Shown here: positions 19,590 to 30,436 of the stretch, piece by piece
Position numbering within the stretch: the first letter of the stretch is position 1
How the letters are laid out: every line of letters begins with the position of its first letter
Assembly (NCBI GenBank): GCA_001189215.1
Contig: LFCR01000006.1
Coordinates: 67,550-131,549, forward strand
Source: Parcubacteria bacterium C7867-008
GTDB lineage: Bacteria > Patescibacteriota > Minisyncoccia > Phycocordibacterales > Phycocordibacteraceae
Direction of reading: 5' to 3'
Length of the DNA: 64,000 bases
Notes under the pieces: model-generated
Database searches by the model: none
What the model was told of the DNA's origin: nothing
What the model saw: only the letters and a program-made list of their open reading frames with translations
Position numbers and translations under genes: made by a program

Positions 19590-19630
19590 TGCTATACTTG
19601 CCTCATACTCTCTAATGCTGTGTATTGACT

Positions 19631-20068
19631 ATGGATATCGTTATTAATTACTACGCAGTGCTCGGTGCAGGAATAACCGGAGTGATACTGGGTGTACTTT
19701 GGTACGGTCCAATCTTCGGCAAAGCTTGGACCAAGGAAATGGGTGTTACGCCTGAAGAGGTTGCAGCATTCAGGTCCGATAAGAAGAAGATGGCAGCAAT
19801 GAATCGGAACTATGCCTATGTTGCCATTGCGGCACTTGTCATGGCCTTTGTACTCAATTTAGTGATCATGAGTACTTCTGCCTATGTGAAGCCAGATATT
19901 GCTCTTGGCTTCGCATCAGCATTCTGGGTATGGGTAGGCTTTATTGTCCCAGTAACACTTAATGGCGTGTTGTGGGAGGGGAAGAGCAAGAGGTACTGGC
20001 TTATCACCTCTGGTTACTATCTAGTCTCACTCAGCCTCATGAGCGTGATCCTCACGCACTGGATGTAA
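19631..20068 (+). CDS. DUF1761 membrane protein
   Basis: INYYAVL..LGVLWYGPIFGKAW. Confidence 0.88.
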   Translation: MDIVINYYAVLGAGITGVILGVLWYGPIFGKAWTKEMGVTPEEVAAFRSDKKKMAAMNRNYAYVAIAALVMAFVLNLVIMSTSAYVKPDIALGFASAFWVWVGFIVPVTLNGVLWEGKSKRYWLITSGYYLVSLSLMSVILTHWM

Positions 20069-20140
20069 AGGGTGTGCTTGAAAAAGAGGGCTTTTTCAAG
20101 TATCGTCTGTATACCTTCGCGGCTTCGGCCGCGTCGGCAT

Positions 20141-20211
20141 TGCGGGATCGTCTAATGGTAGGACTGCGGTTTCTGGTACCGTATATCTAGGTTCGAGTCC
20201 TAGTCCCGCAG
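20141..20211 (+). tRNA. tRNA-Gln(CTG); integration target
   Basis: Acceptor TGCGGGA/TCCCGCA, arm GCGGT-TTCTGGT-ACCGT, T-arm CTAGG-TTCGAGT-CCTAG. Confidence 0.93.
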
Positions 20212-21813
20212 CAAGCTAGGATTTTTGGAGTAGATTTCTCCAATATCCTTTGTATTTCCTAGTTGGTTCTCTGGTTCTAACCTTGCAGAAACAGCGCGAG
20301 CTTCTTCTGCCATGTTTCTTATCGGAAATAACAGATTATCCAATGAAATGCTCAGTTTTCCGTTGGTTAGTTTGTAGTCCGAACCTAATGCAGAGAAGAT
20401 CTCCTTTTTAACACCAAGGTTCTTGTCTGTATTCGCTTTAGAGAAAACAATCGGTGCCTTCTCTGCAAAGTTAAATCCTCGCTCTGCGATCTCTAGCCAG
20501 TTCTCAACGCGTTTGTCAGTATCCTTTAAGAAAGACCATAGACGATCCTTCTCTGCGAGCAATACTTCTTTACGGCTTCGGAACTCATGTTCATCAATCT
20601 CAGAGTTTGAGCGCATATCAATCAGATTATCTATCTTCTTGAGACATGCGTCATACTCGCGGCGCTGGTTTCCAAACATCTGCTCTCGGTCTGTAATCTC
20701 CTTAGCGTTCATGTCCTTTAAACGAGCTACTGCCCATGTGGTGAACTCAGGGGGGATCTCTAGCTTGCTAAGCTCCTCAACAATCTGCTTCTGTAGTTCC
20801 TGTTCCTCAATGGCTTTCTGTGAGCAGTTAGGATCTTTCCGCTTTGTGCAGTGATAGTAGGTGTAATGAGCCACACCACCATTAGCAAGCTTCTTCCATT
20901 TCTCCTCGCCCGTTATAAGGGCATTACATTCACCGCATCGGATCGGACCACGGAAGGTAATCTCACGCTTTCCTTTAGGGCGGGGATTACTTCTTCTGCC
21001 TAGTAGGAACTGTATGCGATCAAACTCTTCACGCGTCATGAGCGGTTCGTGCGTACCTTGGTACCAAAGACCACTTCCAACAGGGTACTCAAATTCCCCG
21101 TAGTAGAACGGGCGAGTGAATAAGTTGTAGGCATTGCTACGGCTTATTTTCTTTCCGCTTGCTGCGCGTAGACCCCAGTCATTTGTAGCTATCTCTAGGA
21201 TACGGGGTGGCGTGTAATCGCCTGTCAGCATGAGGTCCACCATTTTGCGTAAGAGTGGTAGGCGTTCCGTATCGGTATAGATCCTTTTCTTACCCCGCTC
21301 TTCAAACTTATCGTTCTTATAGCCCAGCGGTGCTGGGGCAGGGTATACACCCATCTTTGCCTTCTGCTCAAGCCCGCGCTTCACATCACGGCCTTTCTTG
21401 GCACTCTCGTACTGCGATTGCGAAAGAGCCATTTGAAGCATCCAAATGCCCTCTGGGGAGTTGTTCTCAAAGTGATAGGTGGCAAACTTAAGATCGCTTA
21501 TCTCTCCTGTACGGAGTGTGTAGGTTATGGCACTTGCGTCTACCTCATTACGGGATAGGCGGTCAGGATGCCATGCCAGAAGCCCGTTGCGCTCTCCTGA
21601 GCGCATTCGTATAAGCATGTCAGCAAACTTAGGGCGATTGTAAGGAATGAAGGCACTGCGCTCCTCCTCAATAAACTCTATATCCAGATCTGCAAACATT
21701 TCAGAAAGCTTCGCCTTTTGTGCGGGTATGGAGAGTGCCTGCTTCTCCTTATCCTCAGAGGACTTTCGGAGATAGGCGAAGTATTTAGGTTTGCTCGTTT
21801 TAGCCATACTCAT
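20200..21813 (-). CDS. large serine recombinase (resolvase + recombinase + Zn ribbon)
   Basis: YLRKSS, DRLSRN, APLGY, CGEC..YYHC..C, coiled coil; stop codon lies inside tRNA-Gln. Confidence 0.95.
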   Translation of the reverse strand: MSMAKTSKPKYFAYLRKSSEDKEKQALSIPAQKAKLSEMFADLDIEFIEEERSAFIPYNRPKFADMLIRMRSGERNGLLAWHPDRLSRNEVDASAITYTLRTGEISDLKFATYHFENNSPEGIWMLQMALSQSQYESAKKGRDVKRGLEQKAKMGVYPAPAPLGYKNDKFEERGKKRIYTDTERLPLLRKMVDLMLTGDYTPPRILEIATNDWGLRAASGKKISRSNAYNLFTRPFYYGEFEYPVGSGLWYQGTHEPLMTREEFDRIQFLLGRRSNPRPKGKREITFRGPIRCGECNALITGEEKWKKLANGGVAHYTYYHCTKRKDPNCSQKAIEEQELQKQIVEELSKLEIPPEFTTWAVARLKDMNAKEITDREQMFGNQRREYDACLKKIDNLIDMRSNSEIDEHEFRSRKEVLLAEKDRLWSFLKDTDKRVENWLEIAERGFNFAEKAPIVFSKANTDKNLGVKKEIFSALGSDYKLTNGKLSISLDNLLFPIRNMAEEARAVSARLEPENQLGNTKDIGEIYSKNPSLLRD

Positions 21814-21817
21814 ATCA

Positions 21818-22996
21818 TTATACGGCGAGAACCCAGGACATGCGCGTCATCAGTTGGTATCGCTCAATCCCTGCCTCAATAAAGGCGATGCTGTTTGAAT
21901 ACGGTAGGCCTTTGGTTAGCTCTGAGGCCTCCACAAGCCGTTTGGTTAGCCGTTCTGGGTGGTCTGCGCTCCAAACCCTAGAAATCACCCGCCGGACCTC
22001 TTTAGCCCCATTGTCGCGGATAGCACTTGCCAGTCCATAGGAGATCAAGGCACGGTTCAAGCTGTGAGCATTCCCATGCTTTCTGGCTTCCGTGATTATG
22101 TGAGAGAGCAGTCCCAGATCATCTACTGGGCCAAGGAGAGCAAGTTGATTTTCAGGCCTTTTGATGAGGTCGCGCCATGATTTTAAGAGAATGTTTTTGC
22201 ACAGGTCAGGGGTGAATAGATCCTTAAATTTCACAGATGTTTTAGGGTCTCTGCCTAGGTGGGCGTTTATCTCAGAAAGAACTGCTTGGCCTTTTTTAAC
22301 CCGATATTCGTACCTAAATACCTCATGCTTATCTAAGCCGCATCGCTCTATTAAGGCACGCTCCCGTTCCAATCGTCCTTTGTCCTTGCGTTTTACCATT
22401 GGCCGCATCGCATCTGCGATTTTGTCGTAAAAAACTCTCTCACGAGTGCCGGAGTAGATATGCAGCGATTGGCCACCATGTTTGTACTCTACTTTGGTTA
22501 TATCAACTACCTTGCTCATATCTACACGTCCCAATTCATCTAGAACTTCTTTCATTCTTATCTCGGGAGGGAGTAGGACGTTTTTGCATAAATGAAAAGC
22601 AGAGACCTTCGCATTAGCTAAAACCTCACTCTCAATCTGGATACCCACATCCTCAAGTGCCTTTCTAAGTTTGTAGAGAACCTTCTCAAAATCTGCATCA
22701 GATACCTCCTGCAAGCTATTTCCAAATAGTAGCTTAGGGACTGAAAAGGTGAGTTGGATTGTATAGACCACCTCGTCTCGGTCCCTATTTAATGCCTCAT
22801 AAATCTCAACCTTTGGGAGATACTGCCCTGCGTAAGGAGGGTGAAAAACGAAATGACGCAGATATATTGAAAGAGAGCGCAGCTCTGTAGGAGATAGATC
22901 GTGTATTCGCCGGTTGGTTAGTTCAGGTACGAACCATGACCTGTTCAGGATTTTGAACTTTCTCGGCCCAGTTATCTTGATAATTACGGTATCCAT
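21818..22996 (-). CDS. putative rolling-circle replication initiator (phage/plasmid II/X, Rep_trans-like)
   Basis: MDTV start, FSVPKLLFGN, VFYDK and FRYEYR motifs; adjacent to the recombinase; start could be 23053. Confidence 0.6.
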   Translation of the reverse strand: MDTVIIKITGPRKFKILNRSWFVPELTNRRIHDLSPTELRSLSIYLRHFVFHPPYAGQYLPKVEIYEALNRDRDEVVYTIQLTFSVPKLLFGNSLQEVSDADFEKVLYKLRKALEDVGIQIESEVLANAKVSAFHLCKNVLLPPEIRMKEVLDELGRVDMSKVVDITKVEYKHGGQSLHIYSGTRERVFYDKIADAMRPMVKRKDKGRLERERALIERCGLDKHEVFRYEYRVKKGQAVLSEINAHLGRDPKTSVKFKDLFTPDLCKNILLKSWRDLIKRPENQLALLGPVDDLGLLSHIITEARKHGNAHSLNRALISYGLASAIRDNGAKEVRRVISRVWSADHPERLTKRLVEASELTKGLPYSNSIAFIEAGIERYQLMTRMSWVLAV

Positions 22997-23052
22997 AGGA
23001 ACTTCGTTGTTGTCGGTGTTTTTCAAGGAACCCTGTAAGGGCGATTGCTGCA

Positions 23053-23391
23053 TCAGCGTGCAGCAATAACAGCTTTAATCGCGCGGATAATTGCCTCGTC
23101 AATCTCAAAAGGATATTCGCTGTAAAATTCGGCGCTCACATCTTGGATCTCATCTTCACTGAGCGTGGTAGTGCAATGCGTTGCACTAAGTTCCTGAAGT
23201 TGGAAGCGGGTATATAGGGCTGCAATGGGGTAGCGTCTGGTTAGGTACTGCTCGCCTGATCTGCTTACCGGAACAAGGTTAATACTCTCCATGTGCTCCT
23301 CAGCGGCTTTGCTTTGGGCGTTTAACTCTTCCCAGTTAATAGAACGTATATCCTCCATTGAGGCCGCTGCTAATTCGTCATGCCTTTCCAT
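23053..23391 (-). CDS. hypothetical protein
   Basis: Co-oriented ORF in the element backbone. Confidence 0.55.
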   Translation of the reverse strand: MERHDELAAASMEDIRSINWEELNAQSKAAEEHMESINLVPVSRSGEQYLTRRYPIAALYTRFQLQELSATHCTTTLSEDEIQDVSAEFYSEYPFEIDEAIIRAIKAVIAAR

Positions 23392-23567
23392 ACGTGTGGT
23401 GGTTTATTGGTAATGCATTCTTTTCCCGCCACAGCACGGCTCATTGCCTCAATAAGGCGAACTAGACGTAGGCCTTTATCTAGCGCTTGCGCCTTAGTGA
23501 TCTCAGTTCCATAGTGCTTTTTCCAAAGCTCTTGAAACTCTGCGATGTCCTTATCGGTCAAAACCAT
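23370..23567 (-). CDS. small helical hypothetical protein
   Basis: LTDKDIAEFQELWKKHYGTEITKAQA; same strand as rep and recombinase. Confidence 0.7.
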   Translation of the reverse strand: MVLTDKDIAEFQELWKKHYGTEITKAQALDKGLRLVRLIEAMSRAVAGKECITNKPPHVWKGMTN

Positions 23568-23626
23568 ACTGTTTGCCCAGTATGGTTTCTATAAAATTCC
23601 CCGTGCGGTTTTCGGACTAAATAGGA

Positions 23627-24367
23627 CTATTTCCGACTATTCCTGATATGAGCACCTTTTAAGTCATGTTCTAAAATCTCAATATCCACGCCACTTTTTT
23701 GAAGTTCAGCTATAGATACAGTTTTTCTAAATGTCAGAGTGCTATGTGCGCGCTCAGGGAAGAAAGCTTTAAGGATCTCCCCAGTAAATCCAAGAGCATA
23801 TAGAACTTTAGAAAAGCTTTCTTTGCCCAGTTCCGTTTTCATCATCTCCGGTAGCTTTTCTCGCTCAATACGCTGTCCCGAACGCTCAAACACATACTCA
23901 AGGAACCCCAGGTTCTTGCCCGCACCATGAGGTCTGCTTAATAGATATTTGTTTATGTAGACATTTCTATCTTGGATAGATATGGAAAACTCATTCGTTT
24001 CTTTTTGGGCAATCGCGGGTTCACTGCTGTACTGCGAGTACTCGGAATACATCTCATCAAATTTAGGGAAAAGTATGTCAACTAAAAAGCCCTTAGGATC
24101 AATGTCATTGAACATACCTAGACCTGGACTATCTACTATGCTCCCACGTCTGGTGATGTAATTTTCCCGCACCACCCTGAGTGCCTTCTCGTGCCCAAGT
24201 TTTTTGATGATCTTTATTTGGTTTTGTGCGGAAGGATAGGTTTGATTTGGGTGTTCATGCGCAACTTCGTAAGTTACATATTGATCTTCCGGCGTAAGCA
24301 GGTAGTCCTCTTTTAGGCGCTCAATTACTAACCATATTTCTCTAGCAATTTTCTCCTCTTGGGACAT
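23627..24367 (-). CDS. hypothetical protein, possible winged-helix C-terminus
   Basis: 246-aa ORF. Confidence 0.7.
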   Translation of the reverse strand: MSQEEKIAREIWLVIERLKEDYLLTPEDQYVTYEVAHEHPNQTYPSAQNQIKIIKKLGHEKALRVVRENYITRRGSIVDSPGLGMFNDIDPKGFLVDILFPKFDEMYSEYSQYSSEPAIAQKETNEFSISIQDRNVYINKYLLSRPHGAGKNLGFLEYVFERSGQRIEREKLPEMMKTELGKESFSKVLYALGFTGEILKAFFPERAHSTLTFRKTVSIAELQKSGVDIEILEHDLKGAHIRNSRK

Positions 24368-24486
24368 AGATACTTAAAATCTACGCTGTTCTGGGGTCTT
24401 TTCAAATAGCGCTTTCCTCGTGCTATCGTATTGACACAATTGAATAGGGCGGCCTAAACCTGCAGAAACCTTCTCGGGCATGGCCT

Positions 24487-24604
24487 CAAGACCGATCAAG
24501 CATAGAAGACCCGTCATGGGGTTCGCTTGATCGGCCATATCGGGAAACCGGTATGCCCGTGGCGGGTCTTCTGTGTACCGCCTCGGTTTACAAGACCGAT
24601 CAAG
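24487..24604 (+). promoter_or_regulatory. structured leader with 14-bp direct repeats and an internal antisense segment
   Basis: CAAGACCGATCAAG at 24487 and 24591; GCTTGATCGG at 24525; 20-bp stem 24501-24520/24556-24575. Confidence 0.55.
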
Positions 24605-24615
24605 AAAAACTAAAT

Positions 24616-25095
24616 ATGGATACGCAATCTGCGTCTGTTAAGAAGCCACTTCTCAAGCGGTGGTGGGTGTGGGTACTTATCGTACTCGTAATATTTATCA
24701 TCATTGGTTCAATAGGCGGCTCAGACCAAACCAGCTCAACAGGCGGAAGTTCTGAGGCCGCTGCTGTACCTGAACCTGCATTCACTCTCACAGCCATACA
24801 AATGGCTTCTGAGTACAAGGAGAACGAGGTCGCTGCAGATGCAAAGTACAAAGGTAAACTGGTTGAACTCTCAGGCACCGTAGACACAATAGGAAAGGAT
24901 ATTGCTGACACTCCTTTCATTGCGTTTGAAACAGAAAATCAGTACGAGATCATCAATCGTATTCAGTGCATGTTCAAGACGGGAGATACCGAAGCACTGT
25001 CTGCAGTAAGTAAAGGCCAGAAAATAACCCTTCGTGGAACAGTATCCGGCGCGCTCGGCAACATCATTGTTAAGAACTGCGAGATAGTTCAGTAG
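24616..25095 (+). CDS. membrane-anchored OB-fold (tRNA_anti-like) protein
   Basis: KKPLLKRWW + TM; YKENEVAADAKYKGK..GTV..KGQKITLRG. Confidence 0.85.
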   Translation: MDTQSASVKKPLLKRWWVWVLIVLVIFIIIGSIGGSDQTSSTGGSSEAAAVPEPAFTLTAIQMASEYKENEVAADAKYKGKLVELSGTVDTIGKDIADTPFIAFETENQYEIINRIQCMFKTGDTEALSAVSKGQKITLRGTVSGALGNIIVKNCEIVQ

Positions 25096-25171
25096 ACGGA
25101 GATAATACGTTACCCCTCAGAAATTAGAAGCTGCAGCCGCTATTGCTGCAGGTTGTTTCTAGTGCAACGCC

Positions 25172-25200
25172 TTGCACTGCATACCCCCTAGGGGTATTAT
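25172..25200 (+). promoter_or_regulatory. promoter with CsoR-type operator
   Basis: TTGCAC-17 nt-TATTAT overlapping the palindrome ATACCCCCTAGGGGTAT (25181-25197). Confidence 0.85.
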
Positions 25201-25208
25201 TACCTCTA

Positions 25209-25475
25209 ATGAATATAGAGACCAAAAAACAGCTTCAAAACCGACTTAAGCGTATTGAAGGGCAAATCCGAGGTCTACAGCAATTGGTAGATAAAGACAC
25301 ATACTGTATTGATGTTATTACTCAAACCTCAGCCATTAAAAGCGCCCTATCAGGGGTTGAGGATCTTCTTCTTGAGAACCACTTGGATACCTGTGCTTCT
25401 AGTCAGATAAAGTCAGGGAATATTGCGAAGGCAAAGCAAGAAATTCTGGCCGTCTACCGCCTAAAGCGTAAATAG
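25209..25475 (+). CDS. csoR: copper-sensing repressor CsoR family
   Basis: [25 protein letters not shown]. Confidence 0.92.
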   Translation: MNIETKKQLQNRLKRIEGQIRGLQQLVDKDTYCIDVITQTSAIKSALSGVEDLLLENHLDTCASSQIKSGNIAKAKQEILAVYRLKRK

Positions 25476-25476
25476 T

Positions 25477-27771
25477 ATGAGTAATCATCAGACGTACCGG
25501 ATTAAAGGTATGCATTGCGCTTCGTGCGCAGGCATCATTGAGCGTACCGTTAAGAAAGTTGAGGGTGTAGAACACGTTGAAGTGAACTATGGGACAGAGA
25601 CCGCCAAGATCGCTTTTGATGAAGCTAAGACCAATCCCCACTATCTTTCCGAACAGATAAAACCACTTGGATACACACTGGTTATACCTACGGCTGAAAG
25701 TATGAGCATGTCGGCTGATGAACACGCTGCTCATACTGGTTTACGCCAGTCCAAGACAGAGAAGCTTGCTGAGATTAAGGACATGCGTTGGAGGGTTCTT
25801 TCTGTCCTTCCGCTTGCCGCATTCAGCATTTTCGTTATGGGGTGGGAAATGGCTGCACAGTTCGGCTGGATCAATACCATTCCGGAGATTTGGTATGAGT
25901 TCTTTCATCACCTCCTGCCGATCTTCGCTACCTACACCATGGTGGTTGTCGGTAAGCCCTACCTACTCGGCTTCTATCGCTTTGTTCGCTATGGGAAGGC
26001 GAACATGGATACTCTTATCGGTATTGGTACTTCTGTTGCCTTTCTCTACAGCTTCGTCCTCACTGCCTTTGAGGAACCACTTAGGCAGTTTCTCAATGTT
26101 GACCAGACCTACTATGACGTAACCATAGTGGTAATCGCCTTTATTGCATTCGGTAAGTATCTTGAGGCCAAGTCCAAGCTCAGGACAGGCGATGCCATTC
26201 AGAAGCTTCTTGGCCTGCAGGCAAAGACGGCGCTAGTCATGCGCGATGGTATAGAGGTTGAACTCCCTATAGAACAGGTCGTACATGGCGATCTAATTGT
26301 TGTGAAGCCAGGCGGGAAGATACCGGTTGATGGTGTTCTTACAGAAGGCAGTTCTTATGTGGATGAAGCTATGGTTACGGGTGAACCTCTACCTGTAGAG
26401 AAAAGAATAGGAAATGCCGTTGTTGCCGGAACCTTGAATACAAAAGGCCACTTCATATTTAAGGCAACCAAAGTAGGTTCAGAGACCTTACTTGCCAGCA
26501 TCATCAAAATGGTAAGCGAGGCGCAAGGCAGCAAAGCGCCTATTCAAGGACTTGCAGACAAGATCTCTAGCGTCTTTGTCCCCATCGTTCTCGTATTCGC
26601 AGTTCTTGTATTTGCGGCATGGCTGTTCTTTGGCATCCCTACATTGGGCTTTGCACAGGCGCTTACACTCGGCCTCACGTCTTTCGTAGGCATTCTTGTG
26701 ATTGCTTGCCCGTGTGCGCTCGGACTTGCTACGCCTATCGCCGTTATCGTTGGAGTAGGTAAGGGAGCTAGTGAGGGCATTCTTATCAAAGATGCAGCTA
26801 CCCTTCAGAAGCTTAGAAGTGTGAACACGATAGTCGTAGATAAAACGGGTACGATCACAAAAGGTAAGCCAGAAGTAGTTGCTCTAGAGACCTACGACAA
26901 TCACTCGGAAGGAGAAATACTGAGCATACTTGCTTCCCTTGAGAACAAATCTGAACACCCTCTTGCAAGCGCAATTCTTGCGTACGCAAAAGATAAAGGG
27001 GTATCAGCAAGTCCAACTGATACGTTTGAAATTATTGAGGGCAAAGGTGTTAAGGGGTCAGTAGGGGGTACGGAGTATTTTGCAGGAAACCCTAACCTCA
27101 TTAGTGATCTTAAACTTAGCTTTGATAACCAAGTCCTTGAAAGCCATACGACTAAGGGAAGGACACCCGTTTTGCTAGCTTCAAGTAAGGAGGTTATGGG
27201 GCTGGTATTAATAGCGGATGCTCTTAAGCCGGAAGCGGCCACAGCTATTAAGAAGCTGCATGGCATGGGAATTTCAATCGTTATGCTTACAGGCGATAAC
27301 AAACAAACAGCTCTCTCAATAGCTAAAGAGGTAGGTATTGATGATGTGGTAGCTGAGGCGTTGCCGGACGAGAAGCTTAATAAAATCAAAGAACTACAGG
27401 CAGCAGGTCGTGTGGTTGCTATGGCAGGAGATGGTGTAAATGATGCTCCAGCGCTCGCACAAGCGGATGTAGGTATTGCTATGGGAACTGGTACAGATGT
27501 GGCTATTGAAACTGCAGGCATCACGCTTCTCCATGGAGACATTTCAAAGCTGGTAAAGGCAGTACGCCTCTCACGCTTCACTATGGCAGGCATCAAGCAA
27601 AACCTCTTCTGGGCTTTCATATACAACTTGGTGGGGATACCGATTGCTGCGGGTATTCTCTATCCGTTCTTCGGCCTGCTTCTCTCACCGGTGATTGCTG
27701 GGCTGGCTATGGCGCTCTCAAGCGTATCTGTGGTGCTCAACTCACTCCGATTAAAAACCGTTAAGCTCTAA
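25477..27771 (+). CDS. copA: copper-translocating P1B ATPase
   Basis: [40 protein letters not shown]. Confidence 0.95.
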   Translation: MSNHQTYRIKGMHCASCAGIIERTVKKVEGVEHVEVNYGTETAKIAFDEAKTNPHYLSEQIKPLGYTLVIPTAESMSMSADEHAAHTGLRQSKTEKLAEIKDMRWRVLSVLPLAAFSIFVMGWEMAAQFGWINTIPEIWYEFFHHLLPIFATYTMVVVGKPYLLGFYRFVRYGKANMDTLIGIGTSVAFLYSFVLTAFEEPLRQFLNVDQTYYDVTIVVIAFIAFGKYLEAKSKLRTGDAIQKLLGLQAKTALVMRDGIEVELPIEQVVHGDLIVVKPGGKIPVDGVLTEGSSYVDEAMVTGEPLPVEKRIGNAVVAGTLNTKGHFIFKATKVGSETLLASIIKMVSEAQGSKAPIQGLADKISSVFVPIVLVFAVLVFAAWLFFGIPTLGFAQALTLGLTSFVGILVIACPCALGLATPIAVIVGVGKGASEGILIKDAATLQKLRSVNTIVVDKTGTITKGKPEVVALETYDNHSEGEILSILASLENKSEHPLASAILAYAKDKGVSASPTDTFEIIEGKGVKGSVGGTEYFAGNPNLISDLKLSFDNQVLESHTTKGRTPVLLASSKEVMGLVLIADALKPEAATAIKKLHGMGISIVMLTGDNKQTALSIAKEVGIDDVVAEALPDEKLNKIKELQAAGRVVAMAGDGVNDAPALAQADVGIAMGTGTDVAIETAGITLLHGDISKLVKAVRLSRFTMAGIKQNLFWAFIYNLVGIPIAAGILYPFFGLLLSPVIAGLAMALSSVSVVLNSLRLKTVKL

Positions 27772-27773
27772 TC

Positions 27774-28790
27774 ATGGATACCTACACCTTTCACATTCAA
27801 GGTATGCACTGCAAGTCCTGCATTGCTCTCACAGAAGGAGAGCTGATGGATCTGCCCGAGGTTACTCATGCGCAATCCTCACTCAAGACGCATACCGTGG
27901 ACGTTACTGGTGAGTTTGGCGAACGGACGCCTGAGCAGATCGCGCAGCTCCTTACAGAACCTTTGAAGCGCCATGGATACAGTGTCCATTTGGAAAAACA
28001 GGCGCATAAGGTACGGTGGGCTGATTTCACCTATGCCGTTCCAATAGCGGCTATGTTCGTTGCCGTATTTATCATTCTTCAAAAGCTGGGCATCGTGAAC
28101 CTTGTTGGGGCAGGGGAAATGACTTACACCACGGCCTTTGTCATTGGCCTCGTTGCCTCTGTATCAACCTGTATGGCCGTAGTTGGCGGGCTAGTGCTTT
28201 CAATGTCAGCAAGCTACGCAAAGGAGGGGGAAGCAGTACGTCCGCAGGTGTTGTTCCATATAGGTCGCCTCGCCTCGTTCTTCGTGCTTGGCGGCGTAAT
28301 AGGCGCTATAGGATCAGCGTTTCAGCTCGGAGGGACAGGCACATTTGTTCTTAGCTTCTTTGTTGCAATAATCCTTCTTATTCTCGGTCTCAATCTCCTA
28401 GATATTTTCCCTTGGACCAAGAAGCTTATCCCTACGCTGCCAAGCTCTTTTGGAAAGGGTGTTAGGGGTCTTCAGGGGGCTGCGGGTGTCCTCACACCAC
28501 TCCTTATTGGCGCAGCTACCTTCTTCCTGCCATGCGGCTTCACGCAGTCCATGCAGCTCTACACTCTCACCACTGGCAGCTATCTTGAGGGAGCGTTGAC
28601 GATGTTCATATTTGCCCTTGGAACGCTTCCCGTGCTCGCACTCCTAAGCTTCAGCGCCCTAAGCATTAAGAAGATGCAGACAGGCATGTTCTACAAGACG
28701 GCTGGCCTCGTGGTGATATTCTTCGGTCTCTTTAATCTCATGAACAGCTTGGTTGCTGCAGGACTTATCCAACCACTTATTAGCTTCTAA
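27774..28790 (+). CDS. HMA domain + DsbD_2/TauE-like membrane protein
   Basis: GMHCKSC, STCMAVVGG, FLPCGFTQ. Confidence 0.85.
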   Translation: MDTYTFHIQGMHCKSCIALTEGELMDLPEVTHAQSSLKTHTVDVTGEFGERTPEQIAQLLTEPLKRHGYSVHLEKQAHKVRWADFTYAVPIAAMFVAVFIILQKLGIVNLVGAGEMTYTTAFVIGLVASVSTCMAVVGGLVLSMSASYAKEGEAVRPQVLFHIGRLASFFVLGGVIGAIGSAFQLGGTGTFVLSFFVAIILLILGLNLLDIFPWTKKLIPTLPSSFGKGVRGLQGAAGVLTPLLIGAATFFLPCGFTQSMQLYTLTTGSYLEGALTMFIFALGTLPVLALLSFSALSIKKMQTGMFYKTAGLVVIFFGLFNLMNSLVAAGLIQPLISF

Positions 28791-28804
28791 CGTATACTTA
28801 ATTT

Positions 28805-29194
28805 ATGAAAAATTTGCCAATGATCCTCTCGGTCCTCGTAGCTGCTCTGGTGATTGGAGGGGCTATTGTATTTAGCCAGAAACCAGATGGTTCAGGTCAG
28901 GTCGTACAGAATGTCTCTATGGAAGGTGAGAAGCAGATAATTGAAATAGATGCTAAGGGTGGGTACTCTCCTAAGCTCACTACTGCAAAGGCCGGAGTGC
29001 CTACCGTACTTCGTTTAAAGACAAATGGTACCTACGATTGTTCATCAGCGGTGACCATTCCTAGCATTGGGTTCCGTAAGACCCTAGATGCAACTGGTGT
29101 AACTGAAGTTGAAGTACCTTCCAATATTGCACAGGGGACGCTAGAGGGACTATGTTCAATGGGTATGTATAACTTCTCAGTCAAGTTTATTTAA
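28805..29194 (+). CDS. membrane-anchored cupredoxin-domain protein
   Basis: GYSP, CSMGMY. Confidence 0.85.
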   Translation: MKNLPMILSVLVAALVIGGAIVFSQKPDGSGQVVQNVSMEGEKQIIEIDAKGGYSPKLTTAKAGVPTVLRLKTNGTYDCSSAVTIPSIGFRKTLDATGVTEVEVPSNIAQGTLEGLCSMGMYNFSVKFI

Positions 29195-29200
29195 GACCTT

Positions 29201-29770
29201 ATGACTCTTGAGCAATATTCCATTCTCCTTTCACTGGGACTTCTTGCCATTTTTACCTTGCTAGTGGTAAGCAGCATTCTGTATGCAGCTGTCCCAGCTG
29301 TTAAGGATCATGTCCGTAAACATTCCTATGCTAATTATCTTTCAGCCATGGCGCTTATCTCAGTTGCAGCCATACTTGGTGCTCTCATCTATCAGCTCGC
29401 ATACCTCACGCCTGTTTGCGAGCTGTGCTGGTGGCAACGCATATTCCTATTCCCAATAAGCGTTATTGCGTTAGTAGCCCTATGGTTTAAAAGTAGGGAA
29501 GCACATATTACGATAGCAATCCTTTCTGTATTCGGTCTCTTCTACGCGCTGTATCACTACTATTACCACTTCCAGGGCTTAGTACTTGGGAACACACTCG
29601 CCCTCCCATGCTCTAGCGGAGGTCTTCTTCCGGCTTGTACAGATAGTCCCATACTGACCTTTGGCTTCATAACAATCCCGTTCATGGGTATCTTGGTCTT
29701 CTCAAGCATGCTGATCCTGGCGTTCTTTGCTCATAAGGCAATGAACCGAGAAACTCAGGCAAATGACTAG
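29201..29770 (+). CDS. dsbB: disulfide bond formation protein DsbB family
   Basis: CELCWWQRI, second Cys pair, FGFITIP. Confidence 0.88.
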   Translation: MTLEQYSILLSLGLLAIFTLLVVSSILYAAVPAVKDHVRKHSYANYLSAMALISVAAILGALIYQLAYLTPVCELCWWQRIFLFPISVIALVALWFKSREAHITIAILSVFGLFYALYHYYYHFQGLVLGNTLALPCSSGGLLPACTDSPILTFGFITIPFMGILVFSSMLILAFFAHKAMNRETQAND

Positions 29771-29791
29771 CAATTGGTATAATTGAGCAAT

Positions 29792-30433
29792 ATGAAAAAG
29801 AACTCAGGATTTTGGATATTAGGAGGGTTGGCGGGTGCGGCAATTGTGCTAATTCTGGTTTCTAATTTTCTAAATGCGTCTCCAGTTTCTAATGAAGTTG
29901 CCGCTCCTATTGCTCTCTCGGCTGATGATCACAAGAAAGGGGCAGAAAATAGCCAAGTTATTCTTATTGAGTACTTGGACTTTGAATGCGAAGCGTGTGG
30001 TGCCTACTATCCGCTCGTAAAGAAGATGGAAGCGGAATTTGGCGACAGAATTACATTCGTTGCTCGGTACTTTCCGCTTCAGGGACACAGGAACGGAGTT
30101 CCAGCAGCCCACGCTGTAGAAGCTGCAAGCCGCCAGGGTAAGTTCTGGGAAATGCATGACATTCTCTATGAACGTCAGAAAGATTGGGGAGAGAAGCAGG
30201 TGGCAACCCCTGAAGTATTTGAGGCATACGCCCAAGAACTTGGACTAGATATGGATAAGTTCAAGGCCGATGTTGGTTCACCTGATGTTGCTGCACGAGT
30301 AAAGCGTGATATGGATGAGGGTATTCAGCTTGGCGTTAAATCAACGCCAACCTTTTTCTTGAATGGAAATAAACTAGCTAACCCGCAATCAGAAGAAGCA
30401 TTCCGATCAATACTTCAGAATGCGCTCCAATAA
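29792..30433 (+). CDS. DsbA-family thioredoxin
   Basis: EYLDFECEAC, FPL, STPTFF. Confidence 0.9.
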   Translation: MKKNSGFWILGGLAGAAIVLILVSNFLNASPVSNEVAAPIALSADDHKKGAENSQVILIEYLDFECEACGAYYPLVKKMEAEFGDRITFVARYFPLQGHRNGVPAAHAVEAASRQGKFWEMHDILYERQKDWGEKQVATPEVFEAYAQELGLDMDKFKADVGSPDVAARVKRDMDEGIQLGVKSTPTFFLNGNKLANPQSEEAFRSILQNALQ

Positions 30434-30436
30434 TGC

